Source: Anolis carolinensis
Lineage: Eukaryota
DNA length: 64,000 bases
Assembly (NCBI RefSeq): GCF_035594765.1
Contig: NC_085844.1
Span: 184,714,107 to 184,778,106, forward strand
Direction of reading: 5' to 3'
Position 1 is the first letter of the stretch. Each line of letters opens with the position of its first letter. Below the pieces are notes generated by a model. The model was given only the letters and a program-made list of their open reading frames with translations. It was not told the origin of the DNA and made no database searches. This document shows, piece after piece, positions 12,404 to 25,463 of this stretch. The translations under genes were made by a program, and so were the position numbers.

Positions 12404-14317
12404 TTATTTATTTATTTATTTATTTATTTGACTTATATACTGCTACTCCCAGTTTGGCTCGGAGCGGTTTACAGAAATAGATTAAAACCATACACTTAGC
12501 TTTAAAATGACAATAAAAACAATAAAAACAACAATAAAAACAGAAATAGCCCCGAGTTTTTCACCCATCGAAAGCTTGTCGGAAGAGTAAGGTTTTGCAG
12601 GCTTTCCGAAAGGCAAGTAGGTCTCGGATAGTTCGAGTTTCAACTGGCAAAGCATTCCATAAATGAGGGGCTACAATCAAGAAGGCTCTCTGCCTAGTAG
12701 AAGACAAATGATAAGTCTGTATGTATGTATAAGGAGCCCCCGGTGGCCAAGGGGATAAAAGCCTCGTGACTTGAAGGTTGGGTTGCTGACCTGAAAGCTG
12801 CCAGGTTCGAATCCCACCCAGGGAGAGTGCGGATGAGCTCCCTCTATCAGCTCCAGCTCCATGCGGGGACATGAGAGAAGCCTCCTACAAGGATGGTAAA
12901 ACATCAAAACATCCGGGCGTCCCCTGGGCAACGTCCTTGCAGACGGCCAATTCTCTCACTCCAGAAGCAACTCCGGTTGCTCCTGACACGGAAAAAAAAA
13001 AAAAGTCCATATGTTAGGGACTTCAAGCAAATTTTGGTCTTCGGACCGAAGTAATCTCTGGGGTTGGTAGGGGGATAAGCGGGCCCTCAGGTATGCTGGC
13101 CCCAAACCATGTAAGGCCTTAAAGGTTAGTACCAGTATTTTGAAAGTAATCCATCGGTAGCCAGTGCAGCTATTGTAGAATTGGGGTGATACGCCACATC
13201 GCCGGCACCCCGGCGAGAAGACAAGCCGCCGCATTTTGCACCAGCTTCAGTTTCCGGATCACTGACAGAGGAAGGCCAATGTAGAGGGCGTTACAGTAGC
13301 CGAGCCTTGAGATGACGTCGCCTGGATCACCGTAGCCAGGTCGTTCCTAGATAGGTAGGGAGCCAGTCGCCTAGCCTGACGTAGATGGAAAAACGCAGAT
13401 CTGCTCACAGCAGAGACCTGGGCCTCCATTGTGAGCAGAGGATCCAATAAGACACCAAGACTTTTTACAGAAGATGACGGACGTAGTGTTTCACCATCCA
13501 GGGTAAGCAGCTGGATCTCCCTCCCACCCAGCCAGAGGATCTCCGTCTTCGCTGGATTCACCCTCAACCTGCTGGCATGCAACCATCCAGTAACGGCCTC
13601 AAGGCACTGATGGAAACTATTGGGTACGGAGTGCAGCCGGCCCTCCATCCTCAGAATGAGCTGAGTGTCATCAGCGTACTGGTGGCACTCAAGCCCAAAG
13701 CTCCGCACCAGTCTGGCAAGCAGTCGCATATAGATGTTAAATAGTAGAGGAGAGAGAATAGCTCCCTGTGGGACCCCACAAGTTAGCGGAGACCTCTCGG
13801 AAACCATCCCTCCCCTCACCACCCGCTGTCCCCGATTCTGGAGGAAGGAGGACACCCATTTAAGGGGTATCCCCCTAACCCTCGTCATGGCTAGGTGGTG
13901 GGTCAATAGATTGTGATCGACCGTATCAAATGCTGCTGTGAGATCCAATAACACGAGCAGCGCTGATCCGCCTTGATCCCTTTGGCAGCGAAGCTGATCT
14001 GTGATGGCAACTAGCACAGTCTCCGTCCCGTGCCCCCTACGGAAGCCGGACTGGAAGGGATCAAGTCCAGCTGTGTCATTGAGGAACTGCTGCAACTGTT
14101 CCGCTGCTGCCCTCTCAACCACCTTGCCCAGAAACGGAAGATTCTAGACTGGGCGGTAGCTAGAGGGAACCGAACGATCTAAGTCTGGTTTCTTCAGCAG
14201 CGGAGATACCATCGCCTCTTTTAAACCCTCTGGAAAAACTCCTTGCTCAAGGGAGCTATTTATTATATTCAACAGAGGTTCACGTAATCCCTCCAGGCAA
14301 GATTTTACTAGCCAGGA
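12404..14317 (-). mobile_element. L2-clade LINE, 5'-truncated, interrupted by a SINE
   Basis: ORF 13259..14122 has LDPFQSGFR, LLDLTAAFDTVDH, GVPQGAILSPLLF and YADDTQL. C-terminal RAF..APHLWNALP...FRKACKTLLF (ORF 12561..12872). (TAAA)n tail at 12404-12428. Confidence 0.9.
12733..13004 (+). mobile_element. tRNA-derived SINE (Anolis SINE2-like) nested in L2
   Basis: GGAGCCCCCGGTGG head, B box GGTTCGAATCC, 3' cagacggccaattctctcac...cctgacac and poly(A); imperfect TSD aagtcyrtatgt. Confidence 0.8.
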
Positions 14318-14556
14318 ACTCTTAAATGAAGTCTTGGCTTTTTGGAATCATGGGATTTCCTTCAAGTATTTTCATTAATCAACAGGGCTGTTGTTGCTGT
14401 TTAGTTGTACATCTCAAGAGGAGCCCTTTCACACTATATAATTATAGTGGGATATTCTGCTTTAACTGCCATGACAACATCCTAAGGAATCATGGGATTT
14501 GTCATTTAGCGAAGGGAATCTGAAATTCCCAGCCAGAGAACTCAAATGCCTCAAGT

Positions 14557-14789
14557 TTTTTTTTTCTGTAAGGAGCAGCTTGAGAAACTGCAACTCGCCT
14601 CTGGTGAGAGATAATTGGCCGTCTGCAAGGACATTGCCCAGGGGACGCCCAGATTTTTTGAAGTTTTACCGTCCTTGTGGGAGGCTTCTCTCATGTCCCT
14701 GCATGGGTAACTGGAGCTGACAGAATCCGCTCTCCCTGAATTCAAACCACTGACACAAGGGTTGAACCCATTGCGCCACCAGGGGCTCC
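14557..14789 (-). mobile_element. tRNA-derived SINE (same family as 12733-13004)
   Basis: Reverse-complement homology to 12733-13004; perfect 12-bp TSD AATGCCTCAAGT (14545-14556 and 14790-14801). Confidence 0.85.
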
Positions 14790-17030
14790 AATGCCTCAAG
14801 TGTAACCTACACACAGAAGGATTTTATAGGATGTTGCCATTATAGGTAAAAGTAGAAAAAAAGCTACAAGCAAAACTGCATCCTGAGCAACTTTCTAGAA
14901 CCAAGCTCTTCATTCATCACTTTTAGTGTTGTTCTTCAGTAACAACTTTTAGATTAAACTCCAGGATTTGTTTTTTTTTAAGTTACCTTAAAATATATTC
15001 AATTTTATAAGTCATGGACTCTTTTACATACAGTAAAAAGGGAGGGAAACCCTTCCTTTCTTTTGCTGCCACAGTGGCCCAGTTCAAATGTGATGCTAAA
15101 CCATGGTTTTGACTGAAATATGCTAATGGCATGTTATCGCATGAATTTCCAACACAAACTGGAAAGGATGGTCTACATGAGAAATTGGCAGTCTAAATCT
15201 GAGATTATACAAAGGAGGGACAGCCAAACATATATCTCTCTCAATCTGTCTCTAGCCAAGGCAAGTTGCTTGGCATGCAGGAGACTCAGCTACAAGAAGT
15301 CTGAAGCACATATTCCATTAACTTTCAACCCAAGTACATTAGCTGTGTGCCAAAACAAGGACAGTTTACTGTATTGTATTAGCTAATTAAAAAGATGCTC
15401 TCCATACCCAGGCTTTGTTTTGGAAAGGGAGAGAAAATGAATGTCATTCTTATAAAAGTAGGATCAATAAAGAGAATCACTGCTAACTCCATTAACCATT
15501 GTTCTAAATGGACAGCATAGCTGACACAGGTGATAAACCATGTGCTTCTAAACACTTTTTAAAATGCTAATCAGACGTTACATGGAGCTTAACACACTAA
15601 TCAATAATGCCCAGATTTAAAAGCAAAAATTAAAGTTATGAACAGAAGGAAGTGATCCCACAGAGTGCTTGCCACAAGCACCACCCAAAACAAGAAAAAT
15701 GAAACCAATTTAGCTCCAGATTAAGAACCAGGAACTGGAGATGAATCAATTTAGCTAGCTGGGCTGGGTCACCATATATCATGCCTTGGCAGTGCAGGTT
15801 GTAGCAGCTAGACAGTATGAATAAAAACCACCTTCCTTTTGTCAGGCCCCAAGGTCTGATCCCAGTTATCAATTAACTTAACAGAGCCCTCCTCTTCCCA
15901 CACAGCATTTTAGCTCCTTAACCATCACGACAAACTATTTATCACACAGAAATCCCTGAGGAGAAAGGAAAAGACAGCACAGTTGGAAGCTTTGTTTCTT
16001 GGTTTTTGTTCCCCCTATGGAAGTCAAGAGCATCTAACTAAAAGGGAGAGATCATTTTCTACAAGGTATTTCTTATCAACAAAGATAGAAACGCTATCCA
16101 GTGCAAAAAAATGGCTATTGACATTTGGAGGTTGAGAGCCAATGTGTAATTTTTGACTTTGGAAATCACGAGTTTTAAATGCTCCACAGCGGGTCATGAC
16201 TTGCCACAATGAAGGAGCAAAGACATATTTCACAACACTGAATTACTGTATGAGGCACTTGGGTAAAGTTTGGAGTCCCACAAGATGCATTGAATAAAGC
16301 TTTTTAAATAATCTAATCATGAAGATGATATCAATTCATCATTTGGACAAGTACTTCGAGAAACGTCAAGCTTTATTCTATAAGATATGGGGCAAAAATA
16401 CTACGGAGTCACAAATTAATGCAATTGATAGAAACTGCCAGGCAAAACTGAATTCTCTTATTCTCATGGAAGATGGCATTAACACCTTGCTGCACAATGA
16501 ATGAAAAAATGGCAAAATTAAGCTGTTGTTGCAACAGAAGGTAGTATGTGTTAACACAACTAACTCAAACTGCGTACATGACTAATTATTCCTTGATCTC
16601 CCCCTTACATACCCCTTTATTGATTTCTTCCTCTGAAGTCTCAGATATTCTATAATTCTAGACTTGAAGTCCTTGCTACATGAGTGAAAGAGGCTGAGAC
16701 AGGCAAATAACATCCTGATGTGCTGAATTTGGTTGGAAGTGTTAACCAAGAAGAGCAGGATTTAGAACTTTGAATTTCACTCTACCTCAAGTAGTCTGTT
16801 CTAACGTCGTACTCCTCATTATAACGCTTAGGTCCAGCAAAGGTTCACAATCACCCCAACTGCTGCTTCTGCTTCCCACTCATTTTTATTTTATTTTCTC
16901 TCTTTTTGCAAGGTGGCTAACAAATAAAGACACCTACAATTTAAATTTAATTTAAATTAAATACAATTTAATTTAAAAATAAGTTTCCTGTCAGTTTCTC
17001 TTTCCATTCTACTACAAAATAGATACTCAC

Positions 17031-17109
17031 TTCTCTATGTCACTGTTCTTGCAGGTCTTTTGCATAGGCTCCTGTTTACTGCTCTCCCCATTACTTGTTG
17101 ATGGCATTT
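17031..17109 (-). CDS. RNF220: RNF220 coding exon (79 nt): (E)MPSTSNGESSKQEPMQKTCKNSDIE(K)
   Basis: Matches recalled RNF220 sequence; tttttttacag acceptor, gtgagt donor; phases 1/2 fit the neighbouring exon. Confidence 0.95.
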
Positions 17110-18236
17110 CTGTAAAAAAACAAACAAATCCCAAAGAGTCCAGGGTCAGTGACAAAAGAGGAAAGGGCCAGAATTTATTCACAGATGTTTGAGTGAAACA
17201 CAAAAGTGAGTTAACTGTTCCAGTGCCGGTTCCAAAGAGAAAACTATCCCGAATGTGCAGTCTGAAGATGATAGGTGTTGAAGAATTATTCAAGATACAT
17301 TTATGACTGACCCGGTAAACTAGAACTGCAGAAATTATATTACACAAAGCTCCTCTGAAAATTATAAGGTCATGGATTATTCAAAAGCAAATTATAAGCT
17401 TGGGATACCAGATTCTGAACACTGTATCAATGTATCAAATTATTTTCTCCTGTGCAACAATAACTGGGCACCTAGAACTAAAGCACCCAGTCAGTTAAAA
17501 AACTGCATTTTAGTTTTTGGACACAGCATTACTGCAACTAATAATTTAGAGTGATATAGATTCAGCAAACAGTTTCCATGTGCAATTTGCTTCTTGACAA
17601 TTCTGCCAAATTGCACTTAGGATTCTGGGGCAATTATTCATGGAACCATCAGGAAGAAATGCATGCTTCCAGGCCAGATGTTTATGTACCCGTAAGAATC
17701 ACAAAGTCATGCCAGATCTGTAAACTAAACAAGCAAAGAAAGCTACCAAAGTTATCTTTAGGTTTTTCTAAAACTATCATGAACAAGACTTAAGGAAAGA
17801 ATATTACAGAACATTTAAGATCAAAACCTTTTTTGCAGTTGAACTGAAACTAATTTTTACTTGCCTACATCTTGTCCCAAATATATTAAATTTAACACCG
17901 CCATCATGAAGAAAGGCAATGATGCTGTATCATGCCAGCAAAACAAAAAAGCAAATCCATCTCTGTGTGCACAAACTGAAAGGCTGCAAAGTTTCTCCGT
18001 ACAATACCCAACAAGTTGGAAGACTCTTTACTTCAGTGCTCCACATGCCTTATGTTGTGGGCAATAAATAAAGTTGTCATTATTATTATTGCGAGAATTA
18101 TCCAGGAAAAACAAAATGCTGCCATAGGAATAACATCAAACTTTACCCTGAAACACCCACTATTGTCCTCCAATTGCCTATCCTCCAAGTGACTTGAAGG
18201 TATAGTAGACCCGCCGCATATATATTTTGCACTCAC

Positions 18237-18292
18237 CATCACTTGCCCATTTAGAAAATTCTGGTGTTATCCGGGTACTAGGTGTGCCACCG
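18237..18292 (-). CDS. RNF220: RNF220 coding exon (56 nt): (N)GGTPSTRITPEFSKWASD
   Basis: tccctcag acceptor, gtgagt donor; phases 2/1; too short for the ORF track. Confidence 0.95.
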
Positions 18293-18978
18293 CTGAGGGA
18301 ACAAAAACAAATAACAGTGAAAAGGATGACACAAGAACATTGCTTGGTATACTTTCTACTTATCTCAAAGTCTTAAAAGGCTTTATCATTTATGCACCAT
18401 TTAGAAATTAATTTAGTTTAACACCATAATAAATATTTGAGACAAATCATGCATATCTATGGCTTCCTGTACTGTAAAGCATAGTCCTTCTCAGCTACAA
18501 AGTTTGTATAAAGATTGATCAGGTTGTCATACCTGTTTATAGGAACTAAACTGGGTACCAATATCCTTCCAGACTGATTTCAAGGTGCTTGTGATGACTT
18601 TCAAGGACTTACGTTTGGGACCTTATTAATTGAAGAAGCACTTTATTCAGTGTATACCTGCCCAAGCATTGACATCTGCATGGCATATAAGAGACTTAGC
18701 TACAGCACTATGGGAAGAGGACCGTCTCTATTTTGGCAGCCCAGCTAAGGAATGCCTTGGAGCCCTGAGTGGTGCTGACACTTGATTTCATTCTGGTGCC
18801 AAGGAAAATATAGTAATAGCTTTCTAATTACATTCTTTAGGTCTAACTATTTCTATTCCAATATGTGCGCACACAATTTTTTTACTTTCATTGTTAGATC
18901 AGTTTTTAGTCTGTTCAAATTATTCTCTATTGCTTTAAATCATTTTGACTGATGTAAATAATAATAATAATAATAATA

Positions 18979-19309
18979 CAACAGGAAAAACTCAGCAGTT
19001 ATCAGGATCTCAAGATTGAACTGCAAAGCCTGTGGCATAAACCAATACAAGTGGTCCCAGTGGTAATCGAGACACTGGGTGCCGTGCCACAAGATCTCAG
19101 TCGGCATTTGGAAACAATAAACACTGACAAAATTACAATCTGTCAACTGCAAAAGGCCACCTTACTGGGATCTGCACGCATCATCCGAAAATACATCACA
19201 CAATCCTAAACACTTGGGAAATGTTCGACTTGTGATTTTGTGATATGAAATGCAGCATATAGATCTCGTTTGCTGTGTCATACTATGTCTTTGTGTTGAT
19301 AATAGTAAT
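18979..19309 (+). mobile_element. Dong/R4-clade LINE 3' fragment (restriction-like endonuclease C-terminus)
   Basis: Open frame QQEKLSSYQDLKIELQSLWHKPIQVVPVVIETLGAVP...LQKATLLGSARIIRKYITQS* (stop 19207-19209); flanked by (TAA)n on both sides. Confidence 0.85.
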
Positions 19310-19440
19310 TTTATTTCTCATCCGCCTCTCCTCTCCTCATGGCTCGAGGCGGGTTACAACATCATTAAAATACATAATCATTATAAATATTCTAAAAGAT
19401 ATACATATTAAAAGGTATTTCATACATATTAAAATGGTAT
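19310..19440 (-). mobile_element. LINE (L2-like) 3' end fragment
   Basis: Minus strand gtaacccgcctcgagcc...gaggcgg...aataaa followed by a (TTA)n tail, like other L2 ends in the window. Confidence 0.5.
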
Positions 19441-20601
19441 GCTATCCTGAGATCCAATGACATTAGGATAGGGTATAAATAAATGCAATATTTATATAGC
19501 TGGTTTTACTGAATTTAAATTACTGTGTTGCCACCTACTTTAATAGAACAGATCAGATCTCAGAATTTAAGCACTTGGAAAAAATACAAGCAAGGCTTTT
19601 GACGTTCTTTAAACATCAAATATTACTCACTGTTCATTCTAATTATCAAAGCAAAGAACTTCCTGAGGCACACAGGTGATTCTATAATGTGAAACTTGAT
19701 TTCAGGCTGCAACTTAAAATGTGCTAAACACTAGGAAAACTTCATTTCAATGCTCTATCAATCTTGACCTTCAAGACTCACACAGCCTAAGAGACTGGAG
19801 AAATGTAAGTGCTGTTTCTACATAGGGCAGAGGGCTTGAAAATCCATTTCTTAGCTCCCTGTTAACAACTGTTCAGTTATTTGCCTAGAGGCTTTCACAT
19901 GGAAAGCTCTGTCTAACTCCAGCTGACAGCTAATAGTAGTCCAAAATTCAGAATCAAGTATTACAAAAACCATACCCTACTAAGGTTGCCCACATCAAGA
20001 AATATATTGATGCCCACAGAAATCAGAATGTTCTAAGATTTTGTTTGTTTTGCTGCTGCTCTGAGCACAGCTACTACCAGACCTTTGAAAGAATGGCTTT
20101 CAGAGGAGTGATTAGTGTACTAACATCCAACTCTAGGTATCCACGCTATAAACCAGAAGTGGGTCAGTTCTTGAAAATATTGCATTAACTGCAGCAAGGG
20201 CTAAATGAAAGTTAGCAGTGAATTCTAAGCGTTGTAGATTTGGAAGTTTAAGATAGTTGTCTTTTCTGGAAATAGTTAACATGTCCTTCATCACATAGTT
20301 CTATTAGCTATAATAGAATTTATAGATTGCCTACTCTTTTCTTAGATAGCCTTAAAAGCCTTAAAAACCTGTGTTTGTTGGACTCTTTACCTTTAAAAAC
20401 CTGAGTCTGGGCTGATTCTTGAGTGTGGGCTAGCTGTAATTAAGGCTTGCTGTTCTGCCATTGTTGGGAAGGTGAGGCAAGGCTATTGTTATTGAAAGTG
20501 TTGGCTTCCTGTTGAAGCTTTCTGAGCCACCACTACAGTAAAACACATTCTTACAGTATATATAATAAACAAAACAACTTTAAAAATACACACACAGGAA
20601 G

Positions 20602-21927
20602 GTGGATAGCATTCTGCCCATAACACACACAATCCTCCTCGGTCACTTCACTCACCAAGAGATGGACCAACAGCAAATACTTGCCACCACATGCACCAGC
20701 TGTGGCATGTTCTGCTTTTTCACACAAAAACTAGTCAACTACATCTGCTCCAAATGCAAACAGATGACTCTGATGGAGCAGAGGATCCAACAGCTCGAGC
20801 ACCGTATTAAGACCCTTAAGGACATTCAGGCGCTCGAGCTCTTCTTGGACACTGCACAACACGCTGCTATAAATCTGCAGCCTGCATCACACCAACACCA
20901 CCATGATCAGGAACCTTATGGGGAGATCAACTCAAAGGTAGACAACCCTCAGGCTTGGAAGGAGGTCACCCATAGAAGGAGACACAGGACCAGGCAGCCT
21001 CCGCAGAACTCCTCTGCTCAGCTGCATTTACACAACAGATTTGAAATTCTAACACCATTAACATACAATCAGGAAACACATCTTGTGGAGGACCACAGTT
21101 TCTTAGATACCACTCAGTGGGCCACCCTTGATCAATGCGCAGGGGATAGCCCTGACGGGGACAGTGCATCACCACATTCACACTTATGTAATCATGCAAA
21201 TGCTCCATCCCCAATCGTAGACCAGGAGCAACAGGAACATCCTTGGGAGAGTAATGGGCTCTCGGATGTATCTCAATGGATTGTCATTGATGAATGCACT
21301 GGGGATGTTGTGGAGGAGGACAACACTTTACACCTGCATGATTCACTTCAACAGGAACACTCTTCAGGGGACATACACACTGTCTTGCACAAAAGGGACC
21401 CTGTCAATCCTCAAAGGAAACAGGTCTTGGTAGTAGGTGACTCCCTCCTTAGAGGAACGGAAGCCATCATTTCCAGACCGGATGGGATGGCTCGAGAAAC
21501 ATGCTGCCTCCCGGGGGCAAAAATACACCATATCACTCAGAGGCTCAGCAGGCTCCTAAAGCCCCATCACCCTCCCCACCTTATGTTGATTCATGTAGGT
21601 ACCAATGACACCGCTAGGCATACTTTTCAAAAGATCACAAATGATTTTCGAGCTCTGGGAACAAAGCTAAAACTGTATAATGTACATGTGATCTTTTCAT
21701 CCCTCCTCCCCGTTGTAGGACACGGCTCTACAAGGGCCAGAAAAATAGTACAGGTCAATAACTGGCTCAGAAAATGGTGCCAAGAGGAGCATTTTGGCTT
21801 CCTTGACCATGGTCTACTCTTCCAGGAGGATGGCCTATTGGCAAGTGATGGGGTGCATCTCACACAAGCAGGAAAACATCTTTTTGCACACAGACTCACA
21901 AACCTCATCAGGCGCACTTTAAATTAG
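20602..21927 (+). CDS. CR1 ORF1p (zinc finger/leucine zipper plus SGNH esterase-like domain), open
   Basis: CTSCGMF...CSKC, coiled coil, VVGDSLLRG, IHVGTND, DGVHL. A likely start is the ATG of MDQQQ. Confidence 0.9.
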   Translation: MDSILPITHTILLGHFTHQEMDQQQILATTCTSCGMFCFFTQKLVNYICSKCKQMTLMEQRIQQLEHRIKTLKDIQALELFLDTAQHAAINLQPASHQHHHDQEPYGEINSKVDNPQAWKEVTHRRRHRTRQPPQNSSAQLHLHNRFEILTPLTYNQETHLVEDHSFLDTTQWATLDQCAGDSPDGDSASPHSHLCNHANAPSPIVDQEQQEHPWESNGLSDVSQWIVIDECTGDVVEEDNTLHLHDSLQQEHSSGDIHTVLHKRDPVNPQRKQVLVVGDSLLRGTEAIISRPDGMARETCCLPGAKIHHITQRLSRLLKPHHPPHLMLIHVGTNDTARHTFQKITNDFRALGTKLKLYNVHVIFSSLLPVVGHGSTRARKIVQVNNWLRKWCQEEHFGFLDHGLLFQEDGLLASDGVHLTQAGKHLFAHRLTNLIRRTLN

Positions 21928-24853
21928 ATCCACTGGGGGAGGGGAACAACAGCCTGGCGAACACTATTACCCACGACCACAGGGAACCGCCAAAAGGCTA
22001 AACGGAGGGCTGCACAAACACAGCAAGGACCAAGTACGGAGAGCACAATAATCCCAAATAAACAGCTCAAGGGGAGGTCACAGGGGCTTACATGTCTTTA
22101 CACCAACGCTCAGAGCATGGGAAATAAGCAAGACGAACTCCAACTCTTAGCACAGCACCACACATACGATGTCATAGGCATCACTGAAACCTGATGGGAT
22201 GACTCCCATCACTGGAATGTAGCCATTGAGGGCTATAACCTCTTTCACAGAAATAGAACAAAGGGGAGAGGAGGGGGAGTAGCTTTATATGTCAAAAACA
22301 GTTACGTTGCAGAAGAAATGCAAGACTGTAATCCGGGAAACCAGCTTGAAAGCATCTGGATAAGAATCAAGGGAACCGGGACTCAAAAAGATCTTGTCGT
22401 GGGTGTCTACTACAGACCTCCGAGTCAGGATGAAGGACTTGATGAAGCCTTCTGTCAACAGCTGACCAAACAGGCACAAAGAAGAGATATAGTAGTCATG
22501 GGCGATTTCAATTATTCCGATATCTGCTGGAAAACAAACTCAGCCAAGAGTACAAAGTCCAACAAATTCCTCACTTGCCTTGCAGACAATTTCATGGTCC
22601 AGAAGGTAGAAGTGGCAACAAGAGGATCAGCAACTCTTGATCTAATCTTAACAAATGTGGAAGACCTGATCAACACAGTTGAAGTGGTTGGATCCTTAGG
22701 GGCAAGTGACCATGTGCTCCTGGAGTTTGCAATACAAAGGAATGCTGAAACGAAGACAAGTCAAACACGCATTCTCGACTTTAAGAGAGCTGACTTCCAA
22801 AAAATGAAGGAATTACTGAGCGGCATTCCATGGACGCCAATATTAAAAAAACAAGGGAGTTAAGGATGGATGGGAGTTTTTCAAAAGTGAAATACTCAAG
22901 GCGCAAATGCAAACAGTGCCAACAAAGAAGAAAAATAAGACAAGTGCAAAGAAGCCAGAATGGATGTCCAAAGAACTTCTAACTGAGCTAAAGCTCAAAA
23001 GTGACATGCACAAGAAGTGGAAAAGGGGAGAAATCACCAAAGAAGAATTCAAACGTATAGCCAACACCTGTAGGGAAAAGGTTCGCAAGGCTAAAGCACA
23101 AAATGAGCTCAGGCTTGCCAGGGACATAAAAAACAACAAAAAAGGCTTTTTTGCTTACGTTGGTAGAAAAAGGAAGAAAAAGGAGGCGATAGGGCCTCTG
23201 CAAGGAGAAGATGGGGTGATGGCGACAGGGGACAGGGAAAAGACAGAACTGCTCAATGCCTTCTTTGCCTCGGTCTTCTCACAAAAAGAAAGCCATCTTC
23301 AACCTCAGCAACATCGAATAGACGAAGGATTGGGGGAAATCCAACCCCAAATAGGGAAACAAGCTGTCCAGGAACACCTGGCCTCTCTAAACGAATTCAA
23401 GTCCCCTGGGTCAGATCAGCTACATCCAAGAGTATTGAAGGAATTAGCGGAAGTTATTTCAGAACCACTAGCAATTATCTTCGAGAGTTCTTGGAGAACG
23501 GGAGAAGTCCCAGCAGATTGGAGGAGGGCGAATGTGGTCCCTATCTTCAAGAAGGGGAAAAAGAACGACCCAAACAATTACCGTCCGGTCAGCCTCACAT
23601 CGATACCAGGCAAGATTCTGGAAAAGATCATCAAGGAAGTGGTCTGCGAACACTTAGAAACAAATGCGGTCATTGCTAATAGTCAACACGGATTTACCAA
23701 AAACAAGTCATGCCAGACTAATCTGATCTCTTTTTTCGATAGAGTTACGAGTTGGGTCGATACAGGGAATGCTGTGGATATAGCCTACCTGGATTTCAGT
23801 AAGGCCTTCGACAAAGTCCCCCACGACCTTCTGGCAAATAAACTAGTAAAATGTGGGCTAGACAAAACTACGGTTAGGTGGATCTGCAATTGGCTAAGCG
23901 AACGAACCCAAAGGGTGCTCACCAATGCGTCATCTTCATCATGGAAATAAGTGACAAGTGGAGTGCCGCAGGGCTCCGTCCTGGGCCCGGTTCTGTTCAA
24001 CATCTTTATTAACGACTTAGACGAAGGGTTAGAAGGCACGATCATCAAGTTTGCAGACGACACAAAACTGGGAGGGAGAGCCAACACTCCAGAAGACAGG
24101 AGCAGAATTCAAAACGATCTTGACAGACTAGAGAGATGGGCCGAAACTAACAAAATGAAGTTCAACAGGGACAAATGCAAGATACTTCATTTCGGCAGAA
24201 AGAATGGAAATCAAAGATACAGAATGGGGGACGCCTGGCTTGACAGCAGTGTGTGCGAAAAAGACCTTGGAGTCCTCGTGGACAACAAGTTAAACATGAG
24301 CCAACAATGTGATGCAGCAGCTAAAAAAGCCAACGGGATTCTGGCCTGCATCAATAGGGGAATAGCGTCTAGATCCAGGGAAGTCATGCTCCCCCTCTAT
24401 TCTGCCTTGGTCAGACCACACCTGGAATACTGCGTCCAATTCTGGGCACCACAGTTGAAGGGAGATGTTGACAAGCTGGAAAGCGTCCAGAGGAGGGCGA
24501 CTAAAATGATTAAGGGTCTGGAGAACAAGCCCTATGAGGAGCGGCTTAAAGAGCTTGGCATGTTTAGCCTGCAGAAGAGAAGGCTGAGAGGAGACATGAT
24601 AGCCATGTACAAATACGTGAAGGGAAGTCATAGGGAGGAGGGAGGGAGCTTGTTTTCTGCTGCCCTGCAGACTAGAACACGGAACAATGGCTTCAAACTA
24701 CAGGAAAGGGGATTCCACCTGAACATCAGGAAGAACTTCCTCACTGTGAGGGCTGTTCAACAGTGGAACTCTCTCCCCCGGGCTGTGGTGGAGGCTCCTT
24801 CCTTGGAGGCTTTTAAGCAGAGGCTGGATGGCCATCTGTCGGGGGTGCTTTGA
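21928..24853 (+). pseudogene. CR1 ORF2 (APE endonuclease plus RT) with three lesions
   Basis: CLYTNAQSMGNK, ITET*WD (TGA 22192), MGDFN, SDH; +1 frameshift in the A-run near 22845-22851; TAA at 23948; [15 protein letters not shown]. Confidence 0.92.
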
Positions 24854-25376
24854 ATGCGATTTCCTGCTTCTTGGCAGGGGGTTGGACTGGATGGCCCATG
24901 AGGTCTCTTCCAACTCTACTATTCTATGATTCTATGATTCTATGAATATTTCTTGTGCCTTACTCTGTTGAGTTGAAAATTCAGAATTTAGGTTTTGCAA
25001 AATGCAACCCGCAGATCCTTCTTTAAGGTTGTGTTACATATATATTTCATATTTTCATTGCTATCTATAATGGAAGAAATTATTTTTTTTCTAGCTCAAA
25101 AGGCCCCCAATAGTAGCAAGAAAATCCAGTTAACACTAAAAATTTGACAGAAAAAGGTAGCAAAAACCAAAACTAGTGTGGGCTTTTAATACTTACCATT
25201 TTACAGATAGTTAACTGTCTTCTTGGAATGTGCCTGGTTCTCAAGTTTTCTCTGCCCTGGCCATGTGTCTAATACCGAACTGAAAGGGTATGTACCTTTA
25301 GAAATCCTATTCATCTCACAAAATATGATGTAACGCACCATACTCCATCCCTATAAATAAATAAAGAGCCACTTAC

Positions 25377-25463
25377 TTTAAGACTGCACCTCTAAGTGCT
25401 TCTCTTTCTTTGGCTTCACCTGGTTCTTCTCCAGTGCATGGAATGATATCTGCCTCTGTATAT
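25377..25463 (-). CDS. RNF220: RNF220 coding exon (87 nt): (Q)YTEADIIPCTGEEPGEAKEREALRGAVL(N)
   Basis: Matches RNF220; gtaagt donor; acceptor preceded by a U12 branch point; phases 2/2. Confidence 0.95.

Larger units (their letters stand above)
20300..24945 (+). mobile_element. Near full-length CR1 LINE (antisense to RNF220)
   Basis: ORF1, then APE-RT ORF2, then the (ATTCTATG)n tail at 24920-24945. 5' boundary approximate. Confidence 0.95.

Noticed and set aside
16938-16980. AT-only palindrome near an exon donor
   Set aside because: Low-complexity self-complementarity is expected by chance.
4200-17030. Search for the next RNF220 exon (ITEDSAVTTFEALKAR...CLICM) and RING exons
   Set aside because: Not found by eye; probably left of the window. 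The donor-like caggtaag near 7290 has no RNF220-like coding sequence.
21925-22110. CR1 ORF2 is in frame with ORF1 right after its TAG, suggesting stop read-through
   Set aside because: The usual CR1 LGEG-like junction motif lies in another frame, so a copy-specific indel is the simpler explanation; untestable without the consensus.
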